Source: a virus. Taken from it: a stretch of 64,000 nucleotides of DNA. Location of the stretch: the IMG/VR virus record IMGVR_UViG_3300039412_000320. One strand, given 5' to 3'. Numbering within the stretch: the stretch's first letter is position 1; every line of letters starts with the position of its first letter. Shown here one piece after another: positions 45,077 to 52,839 of the stretch. A program made the position numbers and the translations under genes. A model generated the notes under the pieces. The model was not told the origin of the DNA. It did not search any database and was given only the letters and a program-made list of their open reading frames with translations.

Positions 45077-45469
45077 ATGCCAATCACACCCAAGACCGAA
45101 GAGCAGGTTAAGGCTCAAGCCGCTCTGCTATCGGAGATGAAGCCCCGCATCCGCCGTTACAGCTTTTTCGGGGATGACAACTGGGCGAAAATCGACGTGC
45201 AGATTAAAGTCCTCGAAGAGGATATGAGCGAGGACGAACTCAACGATTACGTTGACGAACAGCAGGGGGAATTGGACCTGACTGACGACCAGAAGTACGA
45301 ACTGTCCAGCGTTGGCTTTGAAGCCATCGACTGGCGGGACGGAACTTTGGATGAACCGCCCTCGGACGGCTGGAAGAGCTTGCTGCCTCACGATGAACCC
45401 AAGACCGAGGCCAAGCCCGCCAAGAAAGCCGTCAAGAAGGCCAAGAAAACTACCAAGAAAAAGAGGTAA
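45077..45469 (+). CDS. acidic protein with Lys-rich histone H1-like C-terminal tail
   Basis: Acidic core, C-terminal KPAKKAVKKAKKTTKKKR. Confidence 0.45.
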   Translation: MPITPKTEEQVKAQAALLSEMKPRIRRYSFFGDDNWAKIDVQIKVLEEDMSEDELNDYVDEQQGELDLTDDQKYELSSVGFEAIDWRDGTLDEPPSDGWKSLLPHDEPKTEAKPAKKAVKKAKKTTKKKR

Positions 45470-45470
45470 C

Positions 45471-45998
45471 ATGAAAGCCGACCTGTCGGACTTCAAAGGT
45501 ACGAGCGAGGATATCAACGCCCTGCCGCAGCGCCTCCGAGATTTCATTCACCACTTGGAAGCCAACTGCGACCCGGCCCACGTAATGCAGGAGAACTTCA
45601 TCCTCCGGGAAATGTACGGCGGGATGTGCGAAGTCATGGCGGATGTCCGGGCGGGCATGTACGTCAGGTGTATCTATTGCCAGACCACCTTTGAACCCGG
45701 AGACAAAGACACCCCGGAGACCATGGCGGAGAAGGTCAAGAAGCATATCACCGAGTGTTCCAAACATCCCACAAGTCTCTTGGTAAAGCGGTGCCGGTAC
45801 TTGGAGCGCATAATCAAAGCGATGCGGCACGGAACCTTGGCACCCAATCAAGACTTGCCCGCCAAGGAATGCAACCGGGCGAGTGGACAGGTGCCTTGTG
45901 AGGTTTGCGGACTGGAACTTGACCAACACTTCCAGCCACTCCCTACGTCCTGCCCCACGATAGTGGAAGACTGTCACGGGAAGTGGTGGAAACTGTAG
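45471..45998 (+). CDS. hypothetical Cys-containing protein (MKADLSDF..)
   Basis: ORF. Confidence 0.4.
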   Translation: MKADLSDFKGTSEDINALPQRLRDFIHHLEANCDPAHVMQENFILREMYGGMCEVMADVRAGMYVRCIYCQTTFEPGDKDTPETMAEKVKKHITECSKHPTSLLVKRCRYLERIIKAMRHGTLAPNQDLPAKECNRASGQVPCEVCGLELDQHFQPLPTSCPTIVEDCHGKWWKL

Positions 45999-46327
45999 GA
46001 GGTACCATGGGATTGATTCTGGATACCGACGACCCCATTCTCGGATTGGAGAAGCGCCGGGAGTCCTTCAACATCTGTGACCTCCAGCGCAAGTATCCCA
46101 ACGACATTGACCAGCCCGGCATAAAGGATGAGGACAAGTACCGGCAGGTCTTGGCAGTGAAGTCCGAACACATCTTCGCTTACGCAGACGGGGAGATTGA
46201 GATATCCAAGGACTTCCTGCGCAGGCTGGTAAAGTTCTTCGATAAACCGGAACGCCGAAGGATGTTGGAAGAAGAGTTACCGGAGACCTCGCCGATGCGG
46301 TGGTTTCCCAAGAAATGGGGGGAGTGA
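45983..46327 (+). CDS. hypothetical protein
   Basis: ORF. Confidence 0.35.
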   Translation: MVETVGGTMGLILDTDDPILGLEKRRESFNICDLQRKYPNDIDQPGIKDEDKYRQVLAVKSEHIFAYADGEIEISKDFLRRLVKFFDKPERRRMLEEELPETSPMRWFPKKWGE

Positions 46328-46638
46328 TGCTACCCGTACAAGTGTTCAGGGCAGAGGTAGTCCGGCTGGAGAACGAACTTCAATCAGCGAAGATACGGCT
46401 GGCGGAGGCGGAGTTGCGGTGCTGCCATGCGTGGAGTAAACCGGTGTATGACCCCATCATCCACGAAGCGTACCATATCGCTGGCGACCCGCCCGGCACC
46501 ATGGGGGTTGACCGGCAACTTCCCACGGATGTGCCCCGGCAGGAAATTCCCCGTTGGATAAGGACTTGTGGACGGTGCGGGGTGGTGGAGACAACGCAGC
46601 AAACCAAGGAAAATATCACAAAGGTACCGGTGTTCTAA
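46300..46638 (+). CDS. hypothetical protein
   Basis: ORF. Confidence 0.35.
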   Translation: MVSQEMGGVMLPVQVFRAEVVRLENELQSAKIRLAEAELRCCHAWSKPVYDPIIHEAYHIAGDPPGTMGVDRQLPTDVPRQEIPRWIRTCGRCGVVETTQQTKENITKVPVF

Positions 46639-47576
46639 TGGAATTCTACGGAAAGCTCAAACAAGCGTTGGTGGAGATTGGGGAGGTTGCCCCCAATAGC
46701 CTGATTCTCGCCTTCGCCTCCGGGAGTTGGCAGCATGGTGCCCGGATGGACGACAAGGCCGACCTTGATGTGTCCGGCGTGTTTGTGGGTCGCCCGGAAG
46801 AAGAACTCCAACTTGACAACGAGAACCCTCGTAAAATGGGTCATGCGAGCGCTAGCACGGCAGGAGACAAGCGCAAGAACACCAAGGCGGACGTTGACAT
46901 CAAAGCTTACTCCCTACGCCGTTGGGCGGGTCTGGCGCTTAAGGGCAATCCTTCGGCGCTTTCCTTCCTGTTTGTCCCGGACAGCATCAAGGACCTATCC
47001 TTGGAGCCAAAGGCACGCTGGTCCTGCCCCTATGATGCGCAGCAGTGTGAGTATCCAAGCTGCATAAGCGACCATGAGGGCTACCGGGACAGCACGTGCG
47101 TGAGGCGTAACCGGGAGGCGCATACAAACACGGTGTGGGACACCATGATTCTGCCCAACACCAATGACTTCCTGTCCGCACGGGCGGCGAAAGCCTTTAT
47201 CGGGTTGGCGGATAACCAGTTCCACCGGATGCTTGGGGAGGGCACGGGTAAGCACGGGACCCGGAAAGCCGAGAAGGAAGAGTACGGCTACGACCCCCAA
47301 GCGGCTATGCACATGATTCGAGGCATCCAAGAATGTCTTGAGCTTTTGCGGACCGGCAGGATGACTTTCCCCCGACCGGAGAAGACCCTCCTGCTTAACA
47401 TTCGCACCGGAAAACTTGGTCTAAAAGAAGTATTAGACCTATATGGGGTTTTACGGAATGAAGTACCCGAAGCAGAGAAGAACACCCCGCTTCCCCCGGA
47501 ATGTGACCGGGATAAGGTCAGCAAGCTCGTCGCCGGGGCCATCGTGAAACATTGGAAAGAGAGGAAGTGGCTATGA
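46638..47576 (+). CDS. Pol-beta-fold nucleotidyltransferase with helical C-terminal domain
   Basis: N-terminal GSWQHGARMDDKADLDVSGVFVG (GS..DxD). Confidence 0.5.
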   Translation: MEFYGKLKQALVEIGEVAPNSLILAFASGSWQHGARMDDKADLDVSGVFVGRPEEELQLDNENPRKMGHASASTAGDKRKNTKADVDIKAYSLRRWAGLALKGNPSALSFLFVPDSIKDLSLEPKARWSCPYDAQQCEYPSCISDHEGYRDSTCVRRNREAHTNTVWDTMILPNTNDFLSARAAKAFIGLADNQFHRMLGEGTGKHGTRKAEKEEYGYDPQAAMHMIRGIQECLELLRTGRMTFPRPEKTLLLNIRTGKLGLKEVLDLYGVLRNEVPEAEKNTPLPPECDRDKVSKLVAGAIVKHWKERKWL

Positions 47577-48034
47577 GGGCAGCGGAAGCAAGGGCGCTCG
47601 CTGAGACCAACGCTGAACGTATTGCTCGGGAGAAAGTGGAGGAGTCCGCCAAGCGCAAGGTTCAGCGGGCGGCTGCGGAAGAGAAAAAGCGGAAAGAGTA
47701 CTACGCCAAAACTCTCGAAGACATTCAATGGCGTATTGACGCCCGTATAAAAGACGGCATAACAAAAATTGAAGACTACCGGCTATCCACGGAGAATTGG
47801 ACTGACCGCCCGCTTGCCGGGGAACAGAAGTTTTTCAAGAATTTTGAGTTCGCTGCCGAGCTAAAGAAAATCATCACCAAGCTACGCCGAGACGGCTACA
47901 AAGTCACGGTCAAAGAAGGGTGGGTGGAGCATGATGACAGTGCCGCTTATTTGAACAGCGGCGGCGAATGCGGCTCCGAGACACCCTACAACATGTATCA
48001 TACTTGGTTGGAAATTTCATGGGAGGGAACCTGA
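47573..48034 (+). CDS. hypothetical protein
   Basis: ATGA overlap, coiled-coil N-terminus. Confidence 0.45.
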   Translation: MRAAEARALAETNAERIAREKVEESAKRKVQRAAAEEKKRKEYYAKTLEDIQWRIDARIKDGITKIEDYRLSTENWTDRPLAGEQKFFKNFEFAAELKKIITKLRRDGYKVTVKEGWVEHDDSAAYLNSGGECGSETPYNMYHTWLEISWEGT

Positions 48035-48286
48035 ATACATTATGGTTCCCACGATGCCGCTTTACTCTAATCCGGTCATTAACTCCAATCGGCTTATCCG
48101 GGGTTACAAAGGAAGTGACGGGTTTGTTGACCGGTGGGAAGTATTTGGACAGCCCTTGAGGTAATACCGGGGATATACGGGCTGAACGGCTAACCAATGG
48201 AAATCAGACAAGTTATCGGGAACTAAAGTTAGGTTCACAGTAAATAAATGGCCGATTAAAAAAATCCCCATATTCTCCCAAAACCG

Positions 48287-48303
48287 TGGTATTATGTAAG
48301 TGA
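48287..48303 (+). promoter_or_regulatory. Extended -10 promoter TGGTATTATGTAAGTGA
   Basis: Same motif as 27424. Upstream aaaaaatcccc tract. Confidence 0.5.
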
Positions 48304-48640
48304 AGGAAGAAAACGAACTACCGACCCTATACTTGTAGGGGTAAAATTGAGGCGGGGAGCCGGACGATATTGTTACCCGGTCAGCCTCACAAGATTCCGG
48401 GCCGAAAGGCCCACCAGTTTGAGGGGGCGAAAGCCCCTACCATTTTACGCCCCGAAAGGGGCACCAGTTTTGGAGAGACATGCGAAATAGGAAACCAAAC
48501 CCGATGCAGTGGCAGCCTAAGCGGCATTTTAGCCGCCCAAGCTTCGGTGGGCTTCCGTTCGCAGGAGTCGCATAGCGAAAAAGCGAACAGAGTGCAAGGA
48601 TGCCCACCGAACTCAAGGTTCTGTGGGCTTTTTTATTTTG
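48296..48640 (+). ncRNA. Candidate ~340-nt ncRNA: three tandem GAAA-tetraloop hairpins each followed by ACCAGTTTT-like tails, ending in an intrinsic terminator
   Basis: gggccGAAAggccc-accagttt, ggggcGAAAgcccc-taccatttt, ccccGAAAgggg-caccagtttt. Bounded by the promoter at 48287 and the terminator at 48603-48638. No credible ORF. Confidence 0.45.
48603..48638 (+). terminator. Rho-independent terminator
   Basis: cccaccgaac-tcaag-gttctgtggg followed by cttttttatttt. Confidence 0.6.
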
Positions 48641-48990
48641 CACTTGCAGTGAATGAGTCGGTGACAACATACGCATAGAGGACGGAGGTTCTCTGGCTGA
48701 TTGTTAGCGTGGTTGTCATCAATGTGATGGATGTCAATCTGGCACGAGCATTTAGCAACAAAGCCGCATTCATCGCAGACTCTCGGGGGGTTTGACTTAT
48801 CTCGGTATGGATGAGAGGGGTAGTTACACCTTCCAGTCCAACGGGCTTGTGAGTTACGGCAAAGATACTTACCACCTTTGAGTCGCACTTTAACATCTCC
48901 ACAGGCGGCACAAAGCCCGGTTTTAGTTTCTTTGTTAACAAAAAGCATTCTATGAATCCACTGTCCCATATTAAAGACAGTGGAAGTCAT
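48613..48990 (-). CDS. HNH homing endonuclease
   Basis: CDECGF..IDIHHIDDNHANNQPENLRPLCVCCHRLIH. Confidence 0.6.
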   Translation of the reverse strand: MTSTVFNMGQWIHRMLFVNKETKTGLCAACGDVKVRLKGGKYLCRNSQARWTGRCNYPSHPYRDKSNPPRVCDECGFVAKCSCQIDIHHIDDNHANNQPENLRPLCVCCHRLIHCKCKIKKPTEP

Positions 48991-49024
48991 AAGATGGGTT
49001 TTTGGGTGGGTTTTTTGCGTTTAT

Positions 49025-49099
49025 GGTGACTGTAACTCAGTGGCAGAGTGCCTGACTGTGAATCAGGATACGGGGGTTCGATTCCCCTCAGTCACCCCA
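49025..49099 (+). tRNA. tRNA-His(GTG) with encoded G-1
   Basis: g-gtgactg/cagtcac, cctga-ctGTGaa-tcagg, ttcgatt T-loop, CCA encoded. Confidence 0.7.
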
Positions 49100-49104
49100 A
49101 GTTT

Positions 49105-49176
49105 GGTGAGTGAACCCCACAGGGTACTCGGTCTGGTCCGAGGGGGCGGGGGCAGCCCACTTCGTCATTCACCCCA
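49105..49176 (+). other. Unclassified CCA-ending structured element (9-bp terminal stem, no T-loop)
   Basis: ggtgagtga...tcattcacc-cca. Internal ctcgg-tctggt-ccgag and G-rich hairpins. Not a canonical tRNA. Confidence 0.3.
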
Positions 49177-49182
49177 ATATAT

Positions 49183-49260
49183 GGTCCCGTAGCTCAGCCC
49201 GTATAGAGCAACTCCCTCCGAAGGAGAAGGTCGTCGGTTAAAATCCGACCGGGACTTCCA
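49183..49260 (+). tRNA. tRNA-Arg(CCG)
   Basis: ggtcccg/cgggact, anticodon loop ctCCGaa, T-loop ttaaaat (atypical). Confidence 0.5.
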
Positions 49261-49266
49261 GATTAG

Positions 49267-49342
49267 GCCCCTGTAGCTCAGTGGACAGAGCGCCCGGTTT
49301 CGACCCGGATGGTCGCAGGTCCGAATCCTGTCAGGGGTTCCA
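49267..49342 (+). tRNA. tRNA-Arg(TCG)
   Basis: gcccctg/caggggt, cccgg-ttTCGac-ccgga, gcagg-tccgaat-cctgt. Confidence 0.5.
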
Positions 49343-49381
49343 AGATTTGAAAACAGTAATTGGACTTCGTAGTCCTTTAGT

Positions 49382-49798
49382 ATGAGGTCTAAGAACTGTT
49401 ACAAATGTGGTAAGGAAAAAGAGCACCGGTCAGCACCATACTGCCTCGAATGCCAGCGAGGCTACAATAAGCAAAACTACGAGAGGAATAAGACCTCGTA
49501 TGTTGAAAAAGCGAAACGGAATGGTGCAAGGTATAGGAAAGAAGCCATAGAGTGGGTCTTACAGTATTTGATGACTCACCCCTGTATCGACTGTGGAGAA
49601 TCTGACCCGATAGTCCTTGAGTTTGACCATCGGGAAGGAGAAAAGAAATTAGCAGCCGTTTCAACTTTAATGACACAAATGAAGGCATCATTAAAGACGA
49701 TAAAGGCTGAGATAGTTAAGTGCGACGTGCGATGCGCCAACTGTCACCGTCGTAAAACAGCGAAAGAAAGAGGTTGGTACAAGATTGAGGCCCCGTAG
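49382..49798 (+). CDS. HNH homing endonuclease inside the tRNA array
   Basis: CIDCGE..EFDHREGEKK..CANCHRRK. Stop codon abuts the start of tRNA-Arg(ACG). Confidence 0.6.
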   Translation: MRSKNCYKCGKEKEHRSAPYCLECQRGYNKQNYERNKTSYVEKAKRNGARYRKEAIEWVLQYLMTHPCIDCGESDPIVLEFDHREGEKKLAAVSTLMTQMKASLKTIKAEIVKCDVRCANCHRRKTAKERGWYKIEAP

Positions 49799-49868
49799 CT
49801 CAGCCCGGACTAGAGCAGCGGTCTACGAAACCGAAGGTCAGTGGGTTCAAATCCCCTCGGGGCTTCCA
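49789..49868 (+). tRNA. tRNA-Arg(ACG)
   Basis: ggccccg/cggggct, gcggt-ctACGaa-accga. D-arm near-identical to Arg(CCG). Confidence 0.55.
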
Positions 49869-50015
49869 AGATTGAGACCACGTGACGCACCCAAAGGGAT
49901 GGCGAGTCTGATGGGTTCGGTGGTAAGCAGGGCACCAGTTCTTCGGAACAGGCGAGGTCCCCAGCTATGCACTTCCCGCCCCTGCGGAGGGCGGTTGTCA
50001 CTGGTCACTGTTTGT

Positions 50016-50089
50016 TGGGATGTCATCCAATGGTAAGATGCCCGGCTGTTACCCGGAGAATGCAGGTTCGAGTCCTGCCGTCCCAGCCA
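50016..50089 (+). tRNA. tRNA-Asn(GTT), short D region
   Basis: tgggatg/cgtccca, anticodon loop ctGTTac, gcagg-ttcgagt-cctgc. Confidence 0.45.
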
Positions 50090-50254
50090 GTTTGAGGTCG
50101 TATGAGCGAGTGTCGCTGGTGTGATGAGGGTCGCCCTTGGTTGGCAGGTTGTGAGGGCAAACAGCACCAGCCGTTGTATGGTTCAGGCGAGCACTCAGGG
50201 ACGATGTGTCATAACAACTCGTCTATATATCCGCCTGAGAAGGAGACAGTTTCT

Positions 50255-50329
50255 TCTGGAGTAGCTCAACGGTAGAGCGTTCGGCTGTTAACCGAATGGT
50301 TGGGGGTTCGATTCCCTCCTCCAGAGCCA
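50255..50329 (+). tRNA. tRNA-Asn(GTT)
   Basis: tctggag/ctccaga (U1-A72), ttcgg-ctGTTaa-ccgaa, ggggg-ttcgatt-ccctc. Confidence 0.65.
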
Positions 50330-50335
50330 AAATAT

Positions 50336-50415
50336 GGAGTCGTGACGCAGATGTGGTTAAGCGTAGCCGCCTTTTAAGCGGACGGTCGTGGGCACCCAAT
50401 CCACCGGCTCCACCA
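50336..50415 (+). tRNA. tRNA-Lys(TTT) candidate with non-canonical T-loop
   Basis: ggagtcg/cggctcc, gccgc-ctTTTaa-gcgga; T-loop cacccaa lacks TTC. Confidence 0.35.
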
Positions 50416-50421
50416 AGATGT

Positions 50422-50498
50422 GCCGCCGTAACTCAACTGGACAGAGTACTCGGCTCTTGCCCGAGGAGTTGGAGGTTCGAGTCCTCTCGGCGGTACCA
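50422..50498 (+). tRNA. tRNA-Lys(CTT) (G37)
   Basis: gccgccg/cggcggt, ctcgg-ctCTTgc-ccgag, ggagg-ttcgagt-cctct. Confidence 0.5.
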
Positions 50499-50503
50499 AA
50501 TTT

Positions 50504-50579
50504 GGGTCGGTAGCTTAACTGGCAGAGCAGGGGCCTCTTAAGCCCAAGGTTGAGGGTTCGATTCCCTCCCGACCCACCA
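50504..50579 (+). tRNA. tRNA-Lys(CTT)
   Basis: gggtcgg/ccgaccc, ggggc-ctCTTaa-gccca, gaggg-ttcgatt-ccctc. Confidence 0.6.
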
Positions 50580-50654
50580 AGATGCTCTTGAGAGCGTATT
50601 ATAGGACTTAAGGTGCTCTCAAGATAATGCCGAGAAGTTTGAAAGTTTGGTTTT

Positions 50655-50731
50655 GCCTCTTTAGCTGATGCGGTGCATAGCGCCCGCCTGAAGAGCGGGA
50701 GAACAGAGTTCGACTCTCTGGGGAGGCACCA
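50655..50731 (+). tRNA. tRNA-Phe(GAA)
   Basis: gcctctt/gggaggc, cccgc-ctGAAga-gcggg, cagag-ttcgact-ctctg. Confidence 0.65.
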
Positions 50732-50737
50732 AGTTAT

Positions 50738-50811
50738 AGCGGAGTAGAGCAGTCAGGTAGCTCGGTTGGCTCATAACCAACAGGCCGCTGGTTCAAATCC
50801 AGCCTCCGCAA
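50738..50811 (+). tRNA. tRNA with CAT anticodon #1 (Met/fMet/Ile2), A1-A72 mismatch, CCA not encoded
   Basis: gagc/gctc D-stem, gttgg-ctCATaa-ccaac, gctgg-ttcaaat-ccagc. Confidence 0.55.
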
Positions 50812-50866
50812 CCTTGATACGCTACAGCGTATTAGCAACAGATATGCGGTGTAGCGTATGGTTTGA

Positions 50867-50943
50867 TGCGGGGTATAACTCTGGTGAGTTTCGGAGTCTC
50901 ATAAGCTCTGTAAAGGTGGGTTCAATTCCCATCCCCGCTACCA
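50867..50943 (+). tRNA. tRNA with CAT anticodon #2, U1-U72 mismatch
   Basis: ggagt-ctCATaa-gctct, gtggg-ttcaatt-cccat, acceptor gcgggg/ccccgc. Confidence 0.5.
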
Positions 50944-50947
50944 TCTT

Positions 50948-51024
50948 AGGGTTGTCTTGTAGCTCAGCGGAAGAGCGACCGGGGTACCGGGAGGTCGGTG
51001 GTTCGATTCCACCCATGCAACTCA
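50948..51024 (+). pseudogene. Degenerate tRNA-like element (good D- and T-arms, no acceptor pairing, aberrant anticodon region with palindromic ccggGGTACCgg)
   Basis: gctc-agcggaa-gagc and ggtgg-ttcgatt-ccacc present, but the 5' and 3' ends do not pair. Confidence 0.35.
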
Positions 51025-51140
51025 AGCCGTACGTGAGTGCCCCTTAAAAGGCCATTGTTTGGGCGGCGTAATTGTCGGGTAACATACTCATGGTGTGGCG
51101 CAGCGCAACCATCATGGCTCCCAAACACCACGTACGTTCT

Positions 51141-51215
51141 GGCTCGCTAGTTCAGTGGCAGAACGCCGCTCTCATAAGGCGGATGTCACAGGTTCGATTC
51201 CTGTGCGAGCTACCA
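51141..51215 (+). tRNA. tRNA with CAT anticodon #3
   Basis: ggctcgc/gcgagct, ccgct-ctCATaa-ggcgg, acagg-ttcgatt-cctgt, CCA encoded. Confidence 0.65.
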
Positions 51216-51371
51216 AGTTATGGCGGAAGCATACTGGACTGGCAAGGCTAACCGGTTTGAGTATGTGGGCTGAGGCCCGAGAGGTGAAAACCTCCCATTG
51301 TCCGTCACCGTTTGGAGGTTGACGAGTACTGGCTCTGATTAGCTGGGGGAGTACTGCCAAACCTCCATTAT

Positions 51372-51446
51372 CAGGTCCTAGCATAATGGTAATGCCCTAG
51401 TCTGGGGGACTAGTGATTGGCAGTTCGACTCTGCCGGACCTGACCA
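51372..51446 (+). tRNA. tRNA-Pro(GGG)
   Basis: C1-G72 acceptor caggtcc/ggacctg, ctagt-ctGGGgg-actag, gcat/atgc D-stem. Confidence 0.7.
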
Positions 51447-51483
51447 AAGTTTACGGGCTGTAGCTGAACGGCCTAACTTGTGC

Positions 51484-51558
51484 CGGGGCGTAGGGTAACG
51501 GTAACCCACTTGCTTTGGGAGCAAGTCGTTGGAGGTTCAAATCCTCTCGCCCCGACCA
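51484..51558 (+). tRNA. tRNA-Pro(TGG)
   Basis: cggggcg/cgccccg, cttgc-ttTGGga-gcaag, ggagg-ttcaaat-cctct. Confidence 0.7.
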
Positions 51559-51602
51559 AAAATATCACTCCGACCAATCTTCTGACTTCAGTATCTATTA
51601 GT

Positions 51603-52193
51603 ATGAAGAGTCAAGAAGTTGGTGGAGTGAATGTAAGACTTCCACACATCTGCAAAAAATGTGGGAAGGCATTAACTGAGGACGGTAAGAACTTCCCAAC
51701 ACGTTGGTCTAATGGGAATAAGTATTACCGATTTCTATGCCGTATTTGCTTTAATAAGCATAACAAACGTTGGAAACCTCGACATGGAATGACCGAGGGG
51801 GTTTACGAGCGAAGGAAACAGACTCTAAGCACCCAAAGGTATAAAGGCGAAGCAAGGCATGTTACAAACGACTGCAAGAGTTGGGATAAACGCCATGGGT
51901 TTGCCTGCGACCTTGACCGGAACTACGTAGCTGCTCTTATATCCACTGGCTGCCGATACTGTGGAGTAACCCAAAGAGAACTACGCATTGGGTTGGACCG
52001 ATTAGATAACATGCGGGGTCATTTGAAAAGTAACGTAATTCCCTGTTGCACAAGATGTAACATTGTTCGAGGAAATATGCCCTACAAAGCGTGGTTACTA
52101 ATCGCTGATACAATGCGAAAAGTTAGGGAGCTTGGGTTATTTGCGGATTGGGTTCCGGGAAATAAAAGCAAAGATTATTCCGGGGTCGTCTGA
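51603..52193 (+). CDS. HNH-family homing endonuclease inside the tRNA array
   Basis: CRYCGVTQRELRIGLDRLDNMRGHLKSNVIPCCTRCNIVRGNM. The longer ORF from 51480 overlaps tRNA-Pro, so the start was moved to MKSQEV. Confidence 0.55.
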   Translation: MKSQEVGGVNVRLPHICKKCGKALTEDGKNFPTRWSNGNKYYRFLCRICFNKHNKRWKPRHGMTEGVYERRKQTLSTQRYKGEARHVTNDCKSWDKRHGFACDLDRNYVAALISTGCRYCGVTQRELRIGLDRLDNMRGHLKSNVIPCCTRCNIVRGNMPYKAWLLIADTMRKVRELGLFADWVPGNKSKDYSGVV

Positions 52194-52203
52194 TTTAAAT
52201 TTT

Positions 52204-52282
52204 CGGTGTGTAGCTCAGCCCGGTTTAGAGCACTCCGTTCGGGGCGGAGGGGTCGGGAGTTCAAATCTCCCCACGCCGACCA
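52204..52282 (+). tRNA. tRNA-Pro(CGG)
   Basis: cggtgtg/cacgccg, ctccg-ttCGGgg-cggag, gggag-ttcaaat-ctccc. Confidence 0.7.
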
Positions 52283-52334
52283 AGATTGATTTATACGTCA
52301 AGTTTACCCCTCTGGGGCTAAAAGTTGACGTAAA

Positions 52335-52409
52335 TAGCAAGATATTCCAGAGTCCTCTAACGGTAGGAGAACCGGCTCTGACCCGGTTAATGAGAGGTTC
52401 GAGTCCTCC
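52335..52409 (+). tRNA. tRNA-Gln(CTG) candidate (U1-A72)
   Basis: accgg-ctCTGac-ccggt perfect anticodon arm, ctct/ggag D-stem. The acceptor has two mismatches. Confidence 0.45.
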
Positions 52410-52460
52410 CCTCGGAGCCAAGCTAGCCCGGAAAATGTGGGTTCGAGTCCCACCGGATAA
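52410..52460 (+). pseudogene. tRNA 3'-half fragment (T-arm plus 3' acceptor only)
   Basis: gtggg-ttcgagt-cccac-cggataa with no 5' half upstream. Confidence 0.4.
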
Positions 52461-52519
52461 TCGCATGGAGTAGCCTTCCCGTCAGGCAGAACGCCCCCAG
52501 CGACCCGTCATTCAATGGT

Positions 52520-52655
52520 AGGATACCGGGGATTGATTCAGGGAGAAGGTTGCGGGTTCGAGTCCCGTCGCCCCGCCATGCGGGGCGTAGCTCAATGGTA
52601 GAGCGTCTCCCATGATGCAGCCGGAAAAACGGGGTTCGAGTCCCCGTAGGACATG
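52520..52655 (+). pseudogene. Cluster of tRNA fragments / degenerate tRNA
   Basis: T-arm gcggg-ttcgagt-cccgt + cgccccg, then ccatg, then cggggcg-ta-gctc-aatggta-gagc with no pairing anticodon arm, then another T-arm cgggg-ttcgagt-ccccg. Repeated catggta motifs. Confidence 0.4.
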
Positions 52656-52749
52656 GTACAGCGTAGCCTCATGGTAGCTGTGACCAAGATAACCATGGTA
52701 CTCTTGGTCTTGACCTTCGTTTATTTGGATAAGACACCGGCGTGAGTTT

Positions 52750-52839
52750 AGGGGTGACGGGCAATCTGGTTCGGCCCAGCGGTCTCCAAAACCGTCTTCC
52801 TTCGGGATACTGGGGGTTCAAATCCCTCCACCCCTGCCA
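52750..52839 (+). tRNA. Class II (long variable arm) tRNA with CCA anticodon
   Basis: aggggtg/cacccct, gcggt-ctCCAaa-accgt, 16-nt variable arm cttccttcgggatact, ggggg-ttcaaat-ccctc, CCA encoded. Confidence 0.5.

Noticed and set aside
48370-48678. 102-aa ORF in the hairpin-rich region
   Set aside because: The translation is low-complexity and spans tandem GC hairpins and a terminator. It is more plausibly non-coding RNA.
50766-51047. 93-aa ORF across the tRNA array, and similar ORFs at 49785-50036, 50296-50541, 51095-51322 and 52132-52473
   Set aside because: They read through tRNA genes. Their composition reflects tRNA sequence, not protein.
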